Source: Antedon mediterranea
Lineage: Eukaryota > Animalia > Echinodermata
Reading direction: 5' to 3'
NCBI RefSeq assembly: GCF_964355755.1
Contig: NC_092670.1
Location: 24,352,795 to 24,416,794, forward strand
Length of the DNA: 64,000 bases
Position numbers and translations under genes: made by a program
Part shown: positions 23,173 through 36,718 of the stretch, piece by piece
Layout: each line of letters begins with the position of its first letter
Numbering within the stretch: the first letter of the stretch is position 1
Notes under the pieces: model-generated
What the model saw: the letters and a program-made list of their open reading frames with translations, nothing else
Database searches by the model: none
What the model was told of the DNA's origin: nothing

Positions 23173-24971
23173 CTATTAATAATATAAACAACCCGTTAAA
23201 AGCACAATGATGTTAACAAGTGAGTCGGCGAGAGATTGCGCAATGAATAATAGTTATATTGTTGGTTGGTAAGTTAATTTTTGCCTAGTACGTTTAGTCG
23301 TTGGTACCATGCACACACATGCGCATAGACGAACGTATCGGTTACAAAGTCAATACATTTATCTTATTTTATTCAAACAAGATCGCTTTCGCCAACAAAT
23401 GTACCAATATCCGGTATTTTTTTAATGTACAATATTTGTATTTCAGTTAAGTTTTAAATGAGTTAAATAATTATTTAATCTATTCCTTTTGTGAATCATT
23501 TTGATAGTTTTGATTTTGCATTATATTTCTTTGAAGAACACAATTATATTTTGAACGCGTTTTCGTTATAAAATAAATAAAAAAAATAATAAAGGTATAA
23601 CAGTTAATTAAATATTTATACTCATGTTTACAAAAACAACTTAATGTTTATTAATTAATATTATTAATTATATGATTGTTATGCAAACTAGTTCTGCCTT
23701 TGATTAAAATACTTCTTAGAAGCTGTACTTTGAAGCAAATTAACTTTGATTCATCTCAAATTGTTTTACCATGGTAAAACGTTTAAAACTTACAAATACA
23801 AAAGGGATGAAGTAGAATAGCAAAATGCACCATATTTTATGGTAGTTATGCTGTTTTTATTTAATAACCTGTTGAAATAAAAACAATGATTTTAAATGAC
23901 AATGTTATAATGGCAATGATATAGTGGAATTAAGATGATGCAATTTTCAAAATGTATCAATGTTACTGGTACATAATAAATAATTTAATTGTACTTATTA
24001 GGATTTTTTTAAAGCATGTTAATATACAAGTTTCTATGCCATGAAACCACAACTTAAATTGTCTTAATATGTATGTGTTTTAACAGTTAGTGTGTCTATT
24101 AAAAGTAAAACAGAAAACTTGTTATTATTAAATGATGCCATGCATTAATTATAAATGATTATGAAATATGTTAATTGGACGTCGAAACAACCAAACATGA
24201 AGTCCTAATAAGGCCAACAAATGGGTAGGTCGGTAGGAAAAGGTGTTTTTTTTTTTTTTTTTTTAGACCAAAAAATGTGTTGCCGGCAAAAAAATAAACA
24301 ATTTACACATGATAAAAAAAATACTTTTAAAAACACTATTTCCGTGTTATATGCTACATTACGCGAGTTAAAATTATTCCAGATGAAAAATATTGAGTTT
24401 CATATTGTTTTATCCATACGTAATTACACTGGCATTATAGATATAACATTAAAATGCAGGCCGTTATGAGCCATATTTCGCCGATTTCTTATCGCGGGGA
24501 AATTTCCCACCATGGAGAGACATCGATTGATCGCAAGGCGCATGCTGGAACGGGTGGATTATCGCTATATAGATAAACAAGTTTCAACAAAAGAGCTTAC
24601 GAAAATCTTAGGTAAATTTTTATTAAATGTATAGGCCTACTTGCTTGGCGATTCCATGCATTTTAAATCATTAAACAAGTTCATAATCATCGTAGTACTC
24701 TGTACAGTAAAAGTATGAGGGTGTTAAAAAATGTGATAACTAATAAAAACGTGTCACAACCACTGTGTAATCAAAGCGTTTATTTAGTTAAAACTTCGAA
24801 CCCCCTAAAATTGATAATCGCGTATTCCGGTTATCACATGATTGAGTCACGGTTGGTTGCACACTTCTTTTTTACACGGCGGAAGTGAAATAAATTCGCC
24901 AATTTGGCAAATAAGACAATATATTTATGTATTTCACCTTATATAAAAGTAATTACGAAAAAGGTACCTAC

Positions 24972-25043
24972 AGTATTTGTAATGACGTCAAATCATCAAA
25001 CGTCTTGGCCGTCAATGTACGTATTTGGTTATTGTTCAAATAC
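24972..25043 (-). CDS. LRR exon, copy A (YLNNNQIRTLTAKTFDDLTSLQIL)
   Basis: 72 bp, AG/GT, phase 2-2. Confidence 0.85.
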
Positions 25044-25112
25044 CTTCAAAAAAATTAATTGTTTAAAAAAACATAATGGAAATTTAATCATCGGCATATT
25101 ATGGCTTTAGGA

Positions 25113-25735
25113 TTTTTAGTTGCGTGGACGCGACTCTATAGTTCACTATGTTGGTCGGTCGGTCTGTCGGTCTGTCGGTATGTCTGTCGGTCCGGTATCA
25201 CTATGCGTTTTATTGCTTTCTGACCTTATCTTGATATCAGTTTAATCTAGCTAAGTCAATTTTTCACAGTATATTCCTTATGGCCAGGAATCGATGTGGT
25301 TATGTTTTCACGGTGCGCAATAAAAAATTACGCGGTCTACGCACGATTTAACGAAATCACGTTTGTAATCATATCTTCACAACCATGAATCACAATTAAA
25401 TCAAATTTGGTACTCATAAATTTCAGGGCATAAATCATCATATGACTGCTCGCCGGCTTTTAAAAATTGTCTCCTATCTTTTAACACTAGCCGGTCTGAA
25501 AATAATATTATTTTTGTTATTTTGTGATGTTATTAATAAACCAATTTTGATGATTTTCAATAGGCATGGTCTGAAAGTACTATCTACACCCAAAAATTCA
25601 GAACGATAACTTGAAAACAGTAGACGCTATCGTGCTAACAAACAAAAATACATACACACATACAAACAAAGTGAATACTATACTATAACAAACACACGCG
25701 ATCGATTACATATACCTCCTTGGCGGAGGTAAAAA
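25113..25735. mobile_element. Helentron/DINE-like intronic repeats
   Basis: TTTTTAGTTGCGTGGACGCGACTCTATA start, (GTCG/GTCT)n microsatellite, terminal hairpin ACCTCCTTGGCGGAGGT at about 25714-25730. Confidence 0.55.
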
Positions 25736-25743
25736 ATACTCAC

Positions 25744-25815
25744 AGTTCATTCAAAGATGTCAAACCAGAAAAAACACAGGCTGGTAATGAACTAATTTGG
25801 TTGTGATTCAAACCC
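25744..25815 (-). CDS. LRR exon, copy A (GLNHNQISSLPACVFSGLTSLNEL)
   Basis: 72 bp, AG/GT, phase 2-2. Confidence 0.85.
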
Positions 25816-26701
25816 CTTCAAAAATAAATTTAATACACGGTAATATAACAATTGAAATTAAATAAATAGATATTCAATATTTGTATTAAAAGAAATGGCC
25901 CATGTTTAAATACGATAAACAAACGTACAATCCTTTCAATGCTCTCAAATCATCATTGCTATTAATATAGGAAAATAAATGAAAACATCGTCTGGTAATA
26001 TACTAATCTAGGTTAGTTTGAGTACAGATACCGTATTTATATGAATAGATTTCCCGCTGTGTTTTGTTTCGCCCCATAGGACATCATTTGGTTAAACTCC
26101 CTTCGAATAAACGCTAAAAACCCCGGGTGTTTTTATTTCCTCTTCCACCCCTGAAAAAACTTTTCCGAAAAAATATTCGAATAAATACGGTACCTCCGAA
26201 GTAAAGACAAAAATCGAAACGCTGAATGGTGAATAACAACATAAAAACAGACAATAGAAACTTGAGGCAAGTATGAATTTTAAAAAAAATAAGAAAAACC
26301 ATTGGCTGGTAATGTACTAATTTCGTTTAAGCCAAATATCTCCAAAGTAAACAGAATACGCAATACACATGTGGAATTGTCTATGTTGACCACTTTTCAA
26401 TTAGCATTATAACAACAAAGTAAATGCAATTACCGTATATAAAAAATAAACAAATTTCTTCTAGAGATATCAGCCCAGAGAAAATAGTGGCTGGTAATTT
26501 ACTAATTTCGTAGGAAGACAAATTCCTTCAAAGTAAACACAATGCACATGTGGAATTGTCTATGTTGACCACTTTTCAATTAGCATTATAACAACAAATT
26601 AAATGCAATTATATAAAAAAAACACGTTTCTTCTAGAGATATCAGCCCAGAAAATTAACAACAAAAAAACGTAATTAAGACAATTAATACTTAACACTTA
26701 C

Positions 26702-26773
26702 AGTTTTTCCAGAGATGTCAAACCAGAAAACAATTTGGCTGGTAATGCGCTAATATTGTTCAAGGACAAATTC
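26702..26773 (-). CDS. LRR exon, copy A (NLSLNNISALPAKLFSGLTSLEKL)
   Basis: 72 bp, AG/GT, phase 2-2. Confidence 0.85.
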
Positions 26774-27178
26774 CTTCAAAGTTAACACAATGCACAGTAA
26801 ACATGTGAAATTGAATATGTTGGGTACTTTTCAGTCAATTTAACAACAATTTTAGGCCTACTCTGATCTTTGTCAAATATGTCAAACCAGAAACAAAAAC
26901 CTGCTTACATAATTTCGCGGTTTTATAATATTTATGATAACTTTGGTACTTTATTTTCAGGAAAGGTAAATAAATTTATAAATTGTCCTATTTAAGATGA
27001 TGACTTTTTTTAATGCTTTAAAAAAAAAAATCTGTTTTCCAATATGTCGCTGTACATTGATATCAATATCCTAACATTTGTGTCAGTTTTTAAATGTGAA
27101 TACTGTAAGTCAAAGACTGGTGGACAACAACTTAAAACAGGCAATAGAGATTTGAGACAAGTATAGAAATAAAAATAC

Positions 27179-27250
27179 AGTTTTTTCAGAGATATTAAAT
27201 CAGAAAAAGCATAGACTGGTAATGTACTAATTTGGTTAGATGACAAATCC
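27179..27250 (-). CDS. LRR exon, copy A (DLSSNQISTLPVYAFSDLISLKKL)
   Basis: 72 bp, AG and weak GTATTT donor. Confidence 0.75.
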
Positions 27251-28509
27251 CTTCAAAGTAAACACAATGCAACAAAAATGTGAATCCACAGAAACAAAAT
27301 TGTCTGGTAACATAATTTTTGCGGGTCATGATAATATGCTTAATATGCTAACTTTAGTATTTATGATTTTATTTTTAGGAAAGGAAGGTTACGTTAGTTA
27401 GGAAATGATAATTGTTATTGCTGGTTATAGGCATACAGTTCTTTCAGAGATATCAACCTGAACAAATATTAAATGTGCATATTTTGATTATTTTTATATA
27501 AAAAAATGTATATTTGGTAGCAGAATTGTTATGTTTATTTATATAATATTAAATAATTTAAGTGTTTGGACAAATTATTTGGTATCAAATGAACGCCCAT
27601 AAAATATTATATCCATTGCTACCCAACATGTATTAAAAATCTGTAATTATGATGCTAATTTTGTTAAAATTGTACATATTTTATAATTTTTTTACAAAAA
27701 TGAGTATATTAAATAGTGTAAATTTATTTTGGTTTATTTTGTATAATAAATCAATATTTGTTTAGCTTTAATGAACTATGTCACACATTAAATGAAAGCC
27801 AATCAAATATGCTATCCAATTGAATTGTAAAGTTAAAATTATAAAGCTAATAATTAGCTTTATAATTTTAACTTTACAAGTATAGTGTAAATATATTTTG
27901 GGTTATTATACATTTAATTCTAGTGTTTTAAATAACTATTTGGTATCAAATTAAACCCCATAAAACATGCTACCTAGTACATACAGATTATCCAATATGT
28001 ATTGAAATATCTTTTTTTTTTTGGAAAATATAGAATTATATAATATTATAAATCAACCAAAATAAATTTACCCTATAACTTACTGTATTCTCATGTTTGT
28101 CAAAAAAAAAAGAAGCATATTTTCAAAAAAGTCATAATTAAAGATTTTCAATACAAGTTGGGTACCAATGGATATTATATTGTATAGGGTTTTATTTTTT
28201 ATACCAAATTTAACGCTAAAATTATTTAAACCAAAATAAATTTACACTAATTTATACTCATTTTTGTCTAAAATTATTAAAATATGGAATTTTTAGTTTT
28301 GGTCATTTTTGGATCAAATGTCAGTAAAAGCATTTCCGGTCATTTTTCCGCTAAAAGTTGTGTTAGACCGATTATAAATATGTATATTCTGAACAATTTG
28401 ACACCGAAAGCAAATCTGTACGACAAGTGGTTGTCGAGATATAAGAGCCACACATTATTAACCTTAATGCATACAAATCTGACCCAGGTCATAGACTATT
28501 AACACTTAC

Positions 28510-28581
28510 AGTTTTTCCAGAGATGTCAAACCAGAAAACAATTTGGCTGGGACTGCACTAATTTCGTTCAAAGACAAATTC
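28510..28581 (-). CDS. LRR exon, copy A (NLSLNEISAVPAKLFSGLTSLEKL)
   Basis: 72 bp, AG/GT, phase 2-2. Confidence 0.85.
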
Positions 28582-29057
28582 CTTCAAAGTAAACACAATA
28601 CCCAGTAAAAATCTGGTAACATAATTTTGCGGTTTCATGATAATATGCTAACTTTAGTATTTATAATTTTATTTTCAGGAAAGAAAGGTTACGTTAGTTA
28701 GGAATGATAATTGTTATTGGTTGTTATAGGCATACAGTTCTTTCAGAGATATCAACCTGAACAAATATTAGGTGGTAAAATTCTAATTTCTATCCAAAAA
28801 CACTCATTTAAAGTATAGACAATACATGGTAGAAAAGGAAAGTGGGGCTATCACCATTACAGGCCCACTTTAATAATAGTTTACGCATAACAATGTGTTG
28901 AAATAATTGACAATGTCAATGTTGTGACTTTTTTAGTTTTACCACTATCACCGTTTAGAAATTAAAAATCGACCATTTTGTTTTCCCCAAAATTGTTTCG
29001 TCTCTGTCATCAAATTCTTTTAGATATAATAATGATAAGTTCAGTAAAGATACCTAC

Positions 29058-29187
29058 AATGATTTGATTGGACAATGCTGGTTGTAATTATAAATTTCTG
29101 TCCAGTTATAGCTTATTGGATTGTTACAATAATATTCGCATGTCACTGATGAGAACTGACAAGACAAATTCACTGGGCAAACCACTT
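29058..29187 (-). CDS. Cys-rich LRR N-cap exon, copy A
   Basis: 130 bp, phase 1-2; EVVCPVNLSCQFSSVTCEYYCNNP...HCPIKSL; paralog 52353-52482. Confidence 0.8.
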
Positions 29188-29860
29188 CTATAAAAACAGA
29201 ATAAGAAATAAATAAATACAAAACAATAACCGATAAAAGATAGTTAGCAGACACTTCTCATGTAACGTTGTTACACGTTACGATTGTTCATTCTGTACGA
29301 CGAAGGAGAATCATTTACTCTAAGCCTGCGCGGTCACCTTTTTGTAAGACTCTAGACCTATTTTATGAGTCATAATAAGTTAATAATCCTGATCCCTTGC
29401 CGTTTTCATTGTGATATGGATGAGTTTGCTCGCTGACCTCATCGTGTTATTTTTATTATCAAAGACGTTTTGTCTCCAAAACAAAAACAAAAATAAAAAT
29501 GAAGATTAATTAAGCTTTAAAAAAAACTTCATTGATGTCAAGACAATCGCTTGGTTGACTTTTGTATTTCTTTAAATTCAAGTTTTATCTAAATCATAAA
29601 GCTTTGTTTGATCCAATATTTGGAAATATAAATTGTTTAACAAAAATGAGAGACAACCAATATTGCAGAAAATCGATTATTTGAAATTTACTCAGTAAGT
29701 TTGATAATGATCAGATCAAGAGACTACAATAGCAAACATATTATACATGTATAATGACAATATTAAAAGCATACCAGAATAATTGCAGCAGATAACAAGC
29801 GGTACAGTCAAGATAAAAAATATTAGACATGTATAATGACAATAATAAAAGCAATCATAC

Positions 29861-29936
29861 CAGAAACATTGCAGCAGATAACAAGCGGTACAGCCAAGAT
29901 TATGACGATTATTATTTTAAAGACGACAGCCATCAT
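29861..29936 (-). CDS. Signal-peptide exon, copy A (MMAVVFKIIIVIILAVPLVICCNVS)
   Basis: ATG, Lys, hydrophobic core, GTATG donor; phase 1 matches the next exon. Confidence 0.75.
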
Positions 29937-30565
29937 TCTTCTTTACTCAACTCAACTAAAAATAAACGTTTACTCCGTGAACTTGTTCGTTATGTTATAA
30001 ACGTATCGTGCTAACTACTCATATATAATTGAATAATTCTGTTGCGTTGATGTTAATGTGTATTAAACATTTAGACAAATTACTTCACCAGATATTCCTA
30101 GTATAAACGTCTTAAATAACCAATATCGTAAAGTACAACATTAAAAGTGAAGTAGTCGTGTGGTCCTCTTAGCCTACTGTTGCAAAATATTTTTTAACAG
30201 TGACTAACCCAGAGTTTGAAGCGAAAGTTCGCTAGTTCAGGACTTAACCCCCTGTCATTATAATAATAAATATATATTGTGTTAATAATTTCAGTGCTTT
30301 TATGCTTACAAAATTGATTTCAATTGATGTGTCTTATAGAAATGGTGCTGTTTGTAATGTTAAGTGTGGCACATGCAAGCGAAATCGGATATATATATAT
30401 ATATAAACACATCAGGCAATGAACATTAATTCTAAACCGCCCGGGGATATACTGAAATTTAATTAATTAATTTGAAACGATAAAGATGAGGAAATCTGTG
30501 AGAATGAGAAAAAGTCGCCCCAACCGAGACTCGAACTCGGACCGCCTGCTTGATATGCAGATGTC

Positions 30566-30568
<3 letters not shown>

Positions 30569-30658
<90 letters not shown>
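30569..30658. repeat. (TA)n microsatellite
   Basis: About 45 perfect TA units. Confidence 0.97.
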
Positions 30659-30661
<3 letters not shown>

Positions 30662-30769
30662 CATACTGTAAATTATAGAAACAGTGCTCATATTCGGAAC
30701 ATGATCTCATAATCGCGTCGAGCATAGCTCATTGGCAAAAGTTCCATATTTTTTAGTTGTATGAAAAAA

Positions 30770-30841
30770 TGTCTCTGGCGGGATTTGAACCTGCAACCTC
30801 TCGCTTACAGGGCGAGTATCATACCACTAGACCACAGAGCC
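30770..30841 (-). tRNA. tRNA-like sequence (tRNA-Pro-like body, TGT at anticodon position); probably repeat-borne or pseudo
   Basis: GGCTCTG TGGTCTAGTGGTATGATA CTCGC-CCTGTAA-GCGAG AGGTT GCAGG-TTCAAAT-CCCGC CAGAGAC A, then T6. One mismatch each in acceptor and T stems; C at position 33. Confidence 0.5.
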
Positions 30842-31136
30842 ATGTATGGTATTATCACAGATTTTCACCCACCAGATACATTCTCTCATACAACAAACGC
30901 CCTCACAATCAGTGGAGGCTTAACAAGTCAGAATAAATTCCAACTTTAATTCGCAACGGTTTTTTAAATAATATTTTGTATATGTAAATCAATGATGTTG
31001 CGTAGCACTGTGTAAATTATATATAAATCATACTGTAAATTATAGAAACAGTGCTCATATTCGGAACATGATCTCATAATCGCGTCGAGCATAGCTCATT
31101 GGCAAAAGTTCCATATTTTTTAGTTGTATGAAAAAA

Positions 31137-31208
31137 TGTCTCTGGCGGGATTTGAACCTGCAACCTCTCGCTTACAGGGCGAGTATCATACCACTAGACC
31201 ACAGAGCC
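31137..31208 (-). tRNA. Identical second copy of the tRNA-like sequence (367-bp tandem unit)
   Basis: About 30655-30861 repeated at about 31022-31228. Confidence 0.5.
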
Positions 31209-31311
31209 ATGTATGGTATTATCACAGATATTATGTACCCATTTACATACGATTTTACAGGAAAAGGGGTACAAATCTACATTAGAAATCGTTAAAATCT
31301 TCAATTTTTTT

Positions 31312-31834
31312 CACGCTGCTGCTCTAGCCCGCTACGTCACACGAGATGACTCATTAATTAGATGAAATCAAGCAGCAGTTATAGTACTACACTTTGACAT
31401 TTTTGTTAAAATGGAAACTCCACTATAATGTATAGGTAGCAGCTACATTTCTGGTATTTATGAGTCCCATGATAATACTGTATTTCGCTGTCAGATAATC
31501 ATTGAATTATTATCAAAACAGTCCATGAAAGTTTTTGTTTGTAATATGATACTTCACACTTAAGGCGTGATGAAGTGACCCCCAGACTTGACCTTAGCAA
31601 TAAAATAAAATAAATTGAGTCTGTTTCATATCAAAGTTATTCACTTCTGTAACAAAATTCACATTATAGAAAGAGAAAAGAAACGTTTAATTATAACTCA
31701 AAAACCACATTGTCTGACAGATTTTTGCTTTTAATTACATTTTTTAAGGTAAAATAACTATTATATGACAATAAAATGACACATTCAAAAACAAATTTGA
31801 AATAAAAAATATTTTTCAGAGGGACAATATATCT
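31312..31834. mobile_element. Right-end fragment of a Kolobok-like element
   Basis: Ends GGGACAATATATCT|TTAA; absent from paralogous sites at about 11200 and 59270. Confidence 0.55.
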
Positions 31835-32540
31835 TTAAAACTGTTAAGTCAATAAGCGAGCAGCGTTTTTTGTAAGAAATATTTCTTGTTTAAAGTTGAA
31901 CAGAGTTCAACTTCAACGTTACGATCGGTAAAACTGACTGACCAATCAAATAGTTCATAAATTACGTCATCATTGTTTGTGACAATTCTTATTTTTTACA
32001 ACGCGACGATGTTTTTTGTGCTCTTTTAAAGTCTGACATTTCAAAATAACATTTGTAAGTAAAACTAAGTTTTAATATAAAAACAATTTAATTTAATGTT
32101 GTCTTTTAAATTAGTGTAAAGACTAGATTAAGATATCAGCGAAAACATGTCCTAGGCCGGCTGGGTTGAAGCATCAAAACCCCTAACTTTTTCAATTTTG
32201 ACACGGGCCCGGCTGCGCGTGACCGGCCTTGGCTTTTCAAAACTTCACGTCCATGTGTCCCAGCAACGTCGAAAGAACCAAGAAACCAACGATCACGTAA
32301 AAATTCGCGACGGAAAAAGAGGCTTTAGGCGCAAAAAAACAGTTCCGTATATTAAATATGGTCTATACAAAACCCACTATATTCAAATAATTATATGACA
32401 AGAATCTACTGGCCTCAGATGCTATTTCCGGGCGTGTAGAAAAAAATTCCCGGGGGGCATGCCCCCGGACCCCCCTCCCCCTAGACGATTATTTTTCCCA
32501 TATCGTCCTCCTCTTTTTCAAAATCCTAGATCCGCCCCTG

Positions 32541-32616
32541 CTTTCTCTCTGCTTCTCTTCCACGCCCCTTATGACCAGGCAATTTCTTCTGCTGTATTGT
32601 TCAGCTTCGTTCTAAT
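32541..32616 (-). mobile_element. 5' piece of the CR1-group LINE ORF1 (NEAEQYSRRNCLVIRGVEEKQRES)
   Basis: Joins in frame to TDTLVRKIF... ending at 11054/58531 once the CAGGGGCGGAT element is removed. Confidence 0.75.
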
Positions 32617-32646
32617 AGATCTGTACAGTTACATAGTCACACAAAT

Positions 32647-35600
32647 TAGTCCGGTCCCTAAGGGGAAATGAGGTTACCATAGTGGATACAAGTGTGCCCT
32701 TTTGCATGTTGATAGAACATGATATGGAGATACCAAAACAAAGTTACTGGAAATCTGATTTGACCTCTGTGACCTCTGACCTCAATTTTTATATTTCTAT
32801 CTTAAACAGCCATATCTCCGCAACGGGTTTGACAATTGAAATGATATTGGTGTCAAATAGATCAGAGGGTACATATTTATATTCGCTCTAATAGAACTTT
32901 TTTTTTAAAAACGACCGGAAATGTAATTTCTCAACGTTTTGACCTTTGACCTCGGCTTACTATATCTCAATAACTACTGGTCAAAATTTCTTGAAATTTG
33001 TTTCAAATTGTTAAGAGCATACATATTTATATATACTCTAATTAAACATGTTCTTCCTAATTCACAGGAAATGTCATTTACTGACCTTTGACCTTTAATG
33101 TTTAAATATGTCTATCTCTGTAACCAAATTTCATAAAAAGTTCAATTTGGTGTCAAATTGTTCAGAATGTAAACATTTATATTAGCTCTAATAGAAGATG
33201 TTATCATATTTTAACGGGAAATGCCAGTTTGAGTTATGATCAGAATATACTGTTAAGCGTGCATGTGTCATACTTATAATAATATACCTAAAATATAGAT
33301 TTAATGGACCAGACTACATTCAATATCCTATTTAATTTACCTTTTACAATTTTCTTAAAACTTAATGTTTAATTTAATTTCAATATATAATTCCATTGCA
33401 TGGTAGGCCTACACCGTAAGAGCAACACTTAATATCAACATAAAATTAGATAAACTTAAAGTTGAATAACATTTTTTTTTTAAATAAAGAGAAAAGAAGA
33501 ATTAACCAATGCGATTTGATACTCATAAAACACATAACCTAATTATCAATTCATTGCTTGAAGTATGCTGAACAAATGAAATGTTGAAAACAGTGAGGAA
33601 AAAGCGAAGAAAAGAGTGAAAAATAAAAACATATGTTTGAAATATTAGAAATCTGAAAAGGATCAAAGACAAATTAATTACAAAGCTGATTTCTTTTCAA
33701 GAACATAGTGTAGTGGAATATAAAGGGAAAACGAACCAGTGAGCAGTCAAAAAAATTACCATCTATTCTTGTAGAGAAAATGAAAGAGGCTTTAAGGCAA
33801 ATGCAAGAAAACAAAGCTCCAACACTGATGATGAAGCTTGATGAGGCAATAACACATCCAGCTCATAACACTATACAACAACATCTTTGAAACCACAAGA
33901 AATGAAGAGATTAAGCAATGATGTACTTTTAACCACAAAAACATGACAAAACTGACATCAACCATTACCGACCAAACGAACATTATCACATGTACACAAA
34001 TAATCAAAAAACAAAATCAGAGACCGACTAGAAGTACATAAACTAATATATATGGCTTCATACAGTAGGACCATCTTATACAGTTTGTCAATCAACTAAA
34101 ATAAAAAGGAAATGAATATCACCAAATCTTTGATTTAGAGATTATCAGAAAGCATTTGACTTAATAAAACAGGCATTACCATATTAGAGGGAAATATTAT
34201 ACCTCAACAAATATTGATTACGATCGTTAAAAGAGTAGTTAAGGAAGATTAGTAAGACAAGGCGACACTTAAGATCTTCACTGCATTTGAAGAGGTGTTT
34301 AATCAAAGGGCTAATCTAAAAAATAGAGTAAATATCACTTTAAAGACAAAATAAACAGTTAATTTAACCAAAACCACATTGACTTCCAGCCTATTTTTTG
34401 CTTTGAATTACAGTTTTTTTTGGGTATGCACTATATAATTTTTTTTCAATCCAATTGTTGGTGAAATAGTAAATAACTATTATGTGTGACATTAAAATTG
34501 CATATTCAACAAAAATATTTGTCAAAATTACTTTGTCAGGGGAAAATAAGTATATCTGTAATAGCATGTGATATTATTAGCAAATATTTCAAATGTAGTT
34601 TTGAAACTTTCCCATTACAAACAATTGCCATAATTTTGATAACATTACAATACACCCATCCTCTGGGACTTATTTTCAAATGTAGCTAAAAAATTTCCAG
34701 TACAATTCCGGCCATTTTGATGTGTATAGATGCATGCAGTAGCATTGGAAATGCGAGAGAGGGGGAGGTGGTTGGGGTGATGGAGAGGTGGTTGGGGTGA
34801 TGGAGAGGTGGTTGGGGTGATGGAGAGACACATATTTTTTTACATATTTGTCTACACTATAAACTAGTTTAACAAAAAAGGTGTGATGTGTCCAAATATG
34901 GTAGTGATATCATGTCATCGTGTCCATATATGGGCACATCACACTTTTTTGTCGCATAAAGTTTTATAGTGTAGACAGAGTTTAACATTTGTGTAACATG
35001 TAAAAAAATGTCTCTCCATCCACCCCAACCCCCTTCCCTCTTTTTTTATAGATTATTAATTGCTAAATATATGCAAAACGATGTGTCATAGCTCAAATTG
35101 ACATTTCCAAAGGAATACTGACAAAATATTTTGTTAGAGCAAGTATAAATGTGTATATTTTGAACAATTTGACACCAAACTGAACTTTTTAGGACAAATA
35201 GTTACCGAGATATCGACATATTCAAACATTAGAGGTCAAGGGTCAAAAAAGCTTAATTTATGGTAATTTTTTGAAAAAAGTTTCTATTAGACTAAATATT
35301 AGATTTATTTTCTTAACATTTTGAGCACATTCTCAAATCTCTGACATTGCGTGTTATTGAGATATTAGGCAATCAAGGTCAAAGGTCAAACTGAAAAATA
35401 AAGCCTTTGCGGCCATTTTTAAATATTTTTTTTCATTATAGCGAATATAAATATATATCTTCCAAGCATTTTGACAAAAAAATTAATGTAAAATGTCCAT
35501 GCGTTGTCAAGATATGGCGATTTTTAGTTATATAATAGAAAAATATACAAATTGAGGTCAGAGGTCACAGAGGTCAAATCAGATTTCCAGTAACTTTGTT

Positions 35601-35701
35601 TTGGCATCTCCACACTATACTCTACCAAACTGCTATACTGAAAAATTTGTATCCAGTCTGGTAACATCCCACCCCTTTTTCTCCCCTTAGGGACTGGACT
35701 A
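32647..35701. mobile_element. About 3-kb non-autonomous DNA transposon with long imperfect inverted arms
   Basis: TAGTCCGGTCCCTAAGGGGA ... TCCCCTTAGGGACTGGACTA; arms about 32720-33200 vs 35140-35610 inverted. Empty site at about 12648. Contains RT remnant (DYQKAFDL at about 34140). Confidence 0.75.
34848..34979. mobile_element. Short palindromic MITE
   Basis: TGTCTACACTATAAA...TTTATAGTGTAGACA with inner inverted GTGTGATGTG/CACATCACAC. Confidence 0.75.
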
Positions 35702-36718
35702 AATAGGCCCATGTCATGTTTGAATTGAATATTGTAAGTTTCCAGTTCTTAGCTCGTAGCCGGTCAAACAATGTTAACTTTATCATGGGGAAACCCCTTA
35801 TTTCTCCATGACTTTACCAAGTCACCAACGAATCTGTGATAACGAATCTCATCATACCATTTTGATAAAGAAGAAAAAAAATGCCAATAGGCCTACTTTA
35901 CAAATCGTTACATTATATCGCAACTACAAAACAGGCTATCAAGCTTAATTCATTCATTCAAGAATATTTAATAATTTCGATAATGGTAAATAACAATACA
36001 TATGATTAAAACAGTTTAAAGAAAGAAAGAAAAACAAATTGTTTGTAACATGCAAGATCCCATAAAAAGATAACAAGTACATCAAAAACATTTCAGAAAA
36101 AATTACTTGCACCATAATTGTAAAATATAAATGTTATCAATAATTTGAAATTAAAACTTTTAAATACGGATTTAGCGTTTAAAAATTTTTCAGGCTATTC
36201 CATATCTGTAAACTTACTGCAATAATGATGAATGGATTAAATGGATTTTATGTAATTCTTTACATTAAACAATAATACATTGAAGAAAGTGCATAAATAG
36301 TAAATCTATAAAATGCTTTACGTAATTAATATAACAAAATTAAAATTTAGTGTCGATTTACACAAAACATGATACATCTTCAATTGCTTTTCTCAATATT
36401 TGATTACACGTCATCATTTTAAATATGAAATCTTCTCACAGTGGGTTAATGAGAGTGCTGGATTTACGTACTAGCATCTATATATAAATTTACGTAAGGG
36501 CAAAATTCGGTAAATCGCAATTTATTTCTAGAATTTTTAATCGATGGTATATAAAGTTGGTTCGTACTTTCGGTACTGATTTTAACCACTAATTGATGTA
36601 ACCCTGTTTACTAATTAAATTGAGTTAGATAATTAGTTATTGACAATTAAAACGAATTTAGGTTCAACGATTTGCCCCAAATAGGGGTGTCTTCCGATCG
36701 TGGTATACACTGTCATAA

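Larger units (their letters stand above)
13541..29936 (-). pseudogene. LRR-containing GPCR (LGR type C, RXFP/GRL101-like), copy A; 7TM exon disrupted by LTR retrotransposon
   Basis: Exons 29861-29936 (signal), 29058-29187 (Cys cap), 72-bp LRR exons 28510-28581, 27179-27250, 26702-26773, 25744-25815, 24972-25043, 23101-23172, and 7TM exon 19258-19533 + 13541-14306. All have GT/AG boundaries. Confidence 0.85.

Noticed and set aside
30459-30725. ORF with (YI)n run
   Set aside because: Translation of the (TA)n microsatellite.
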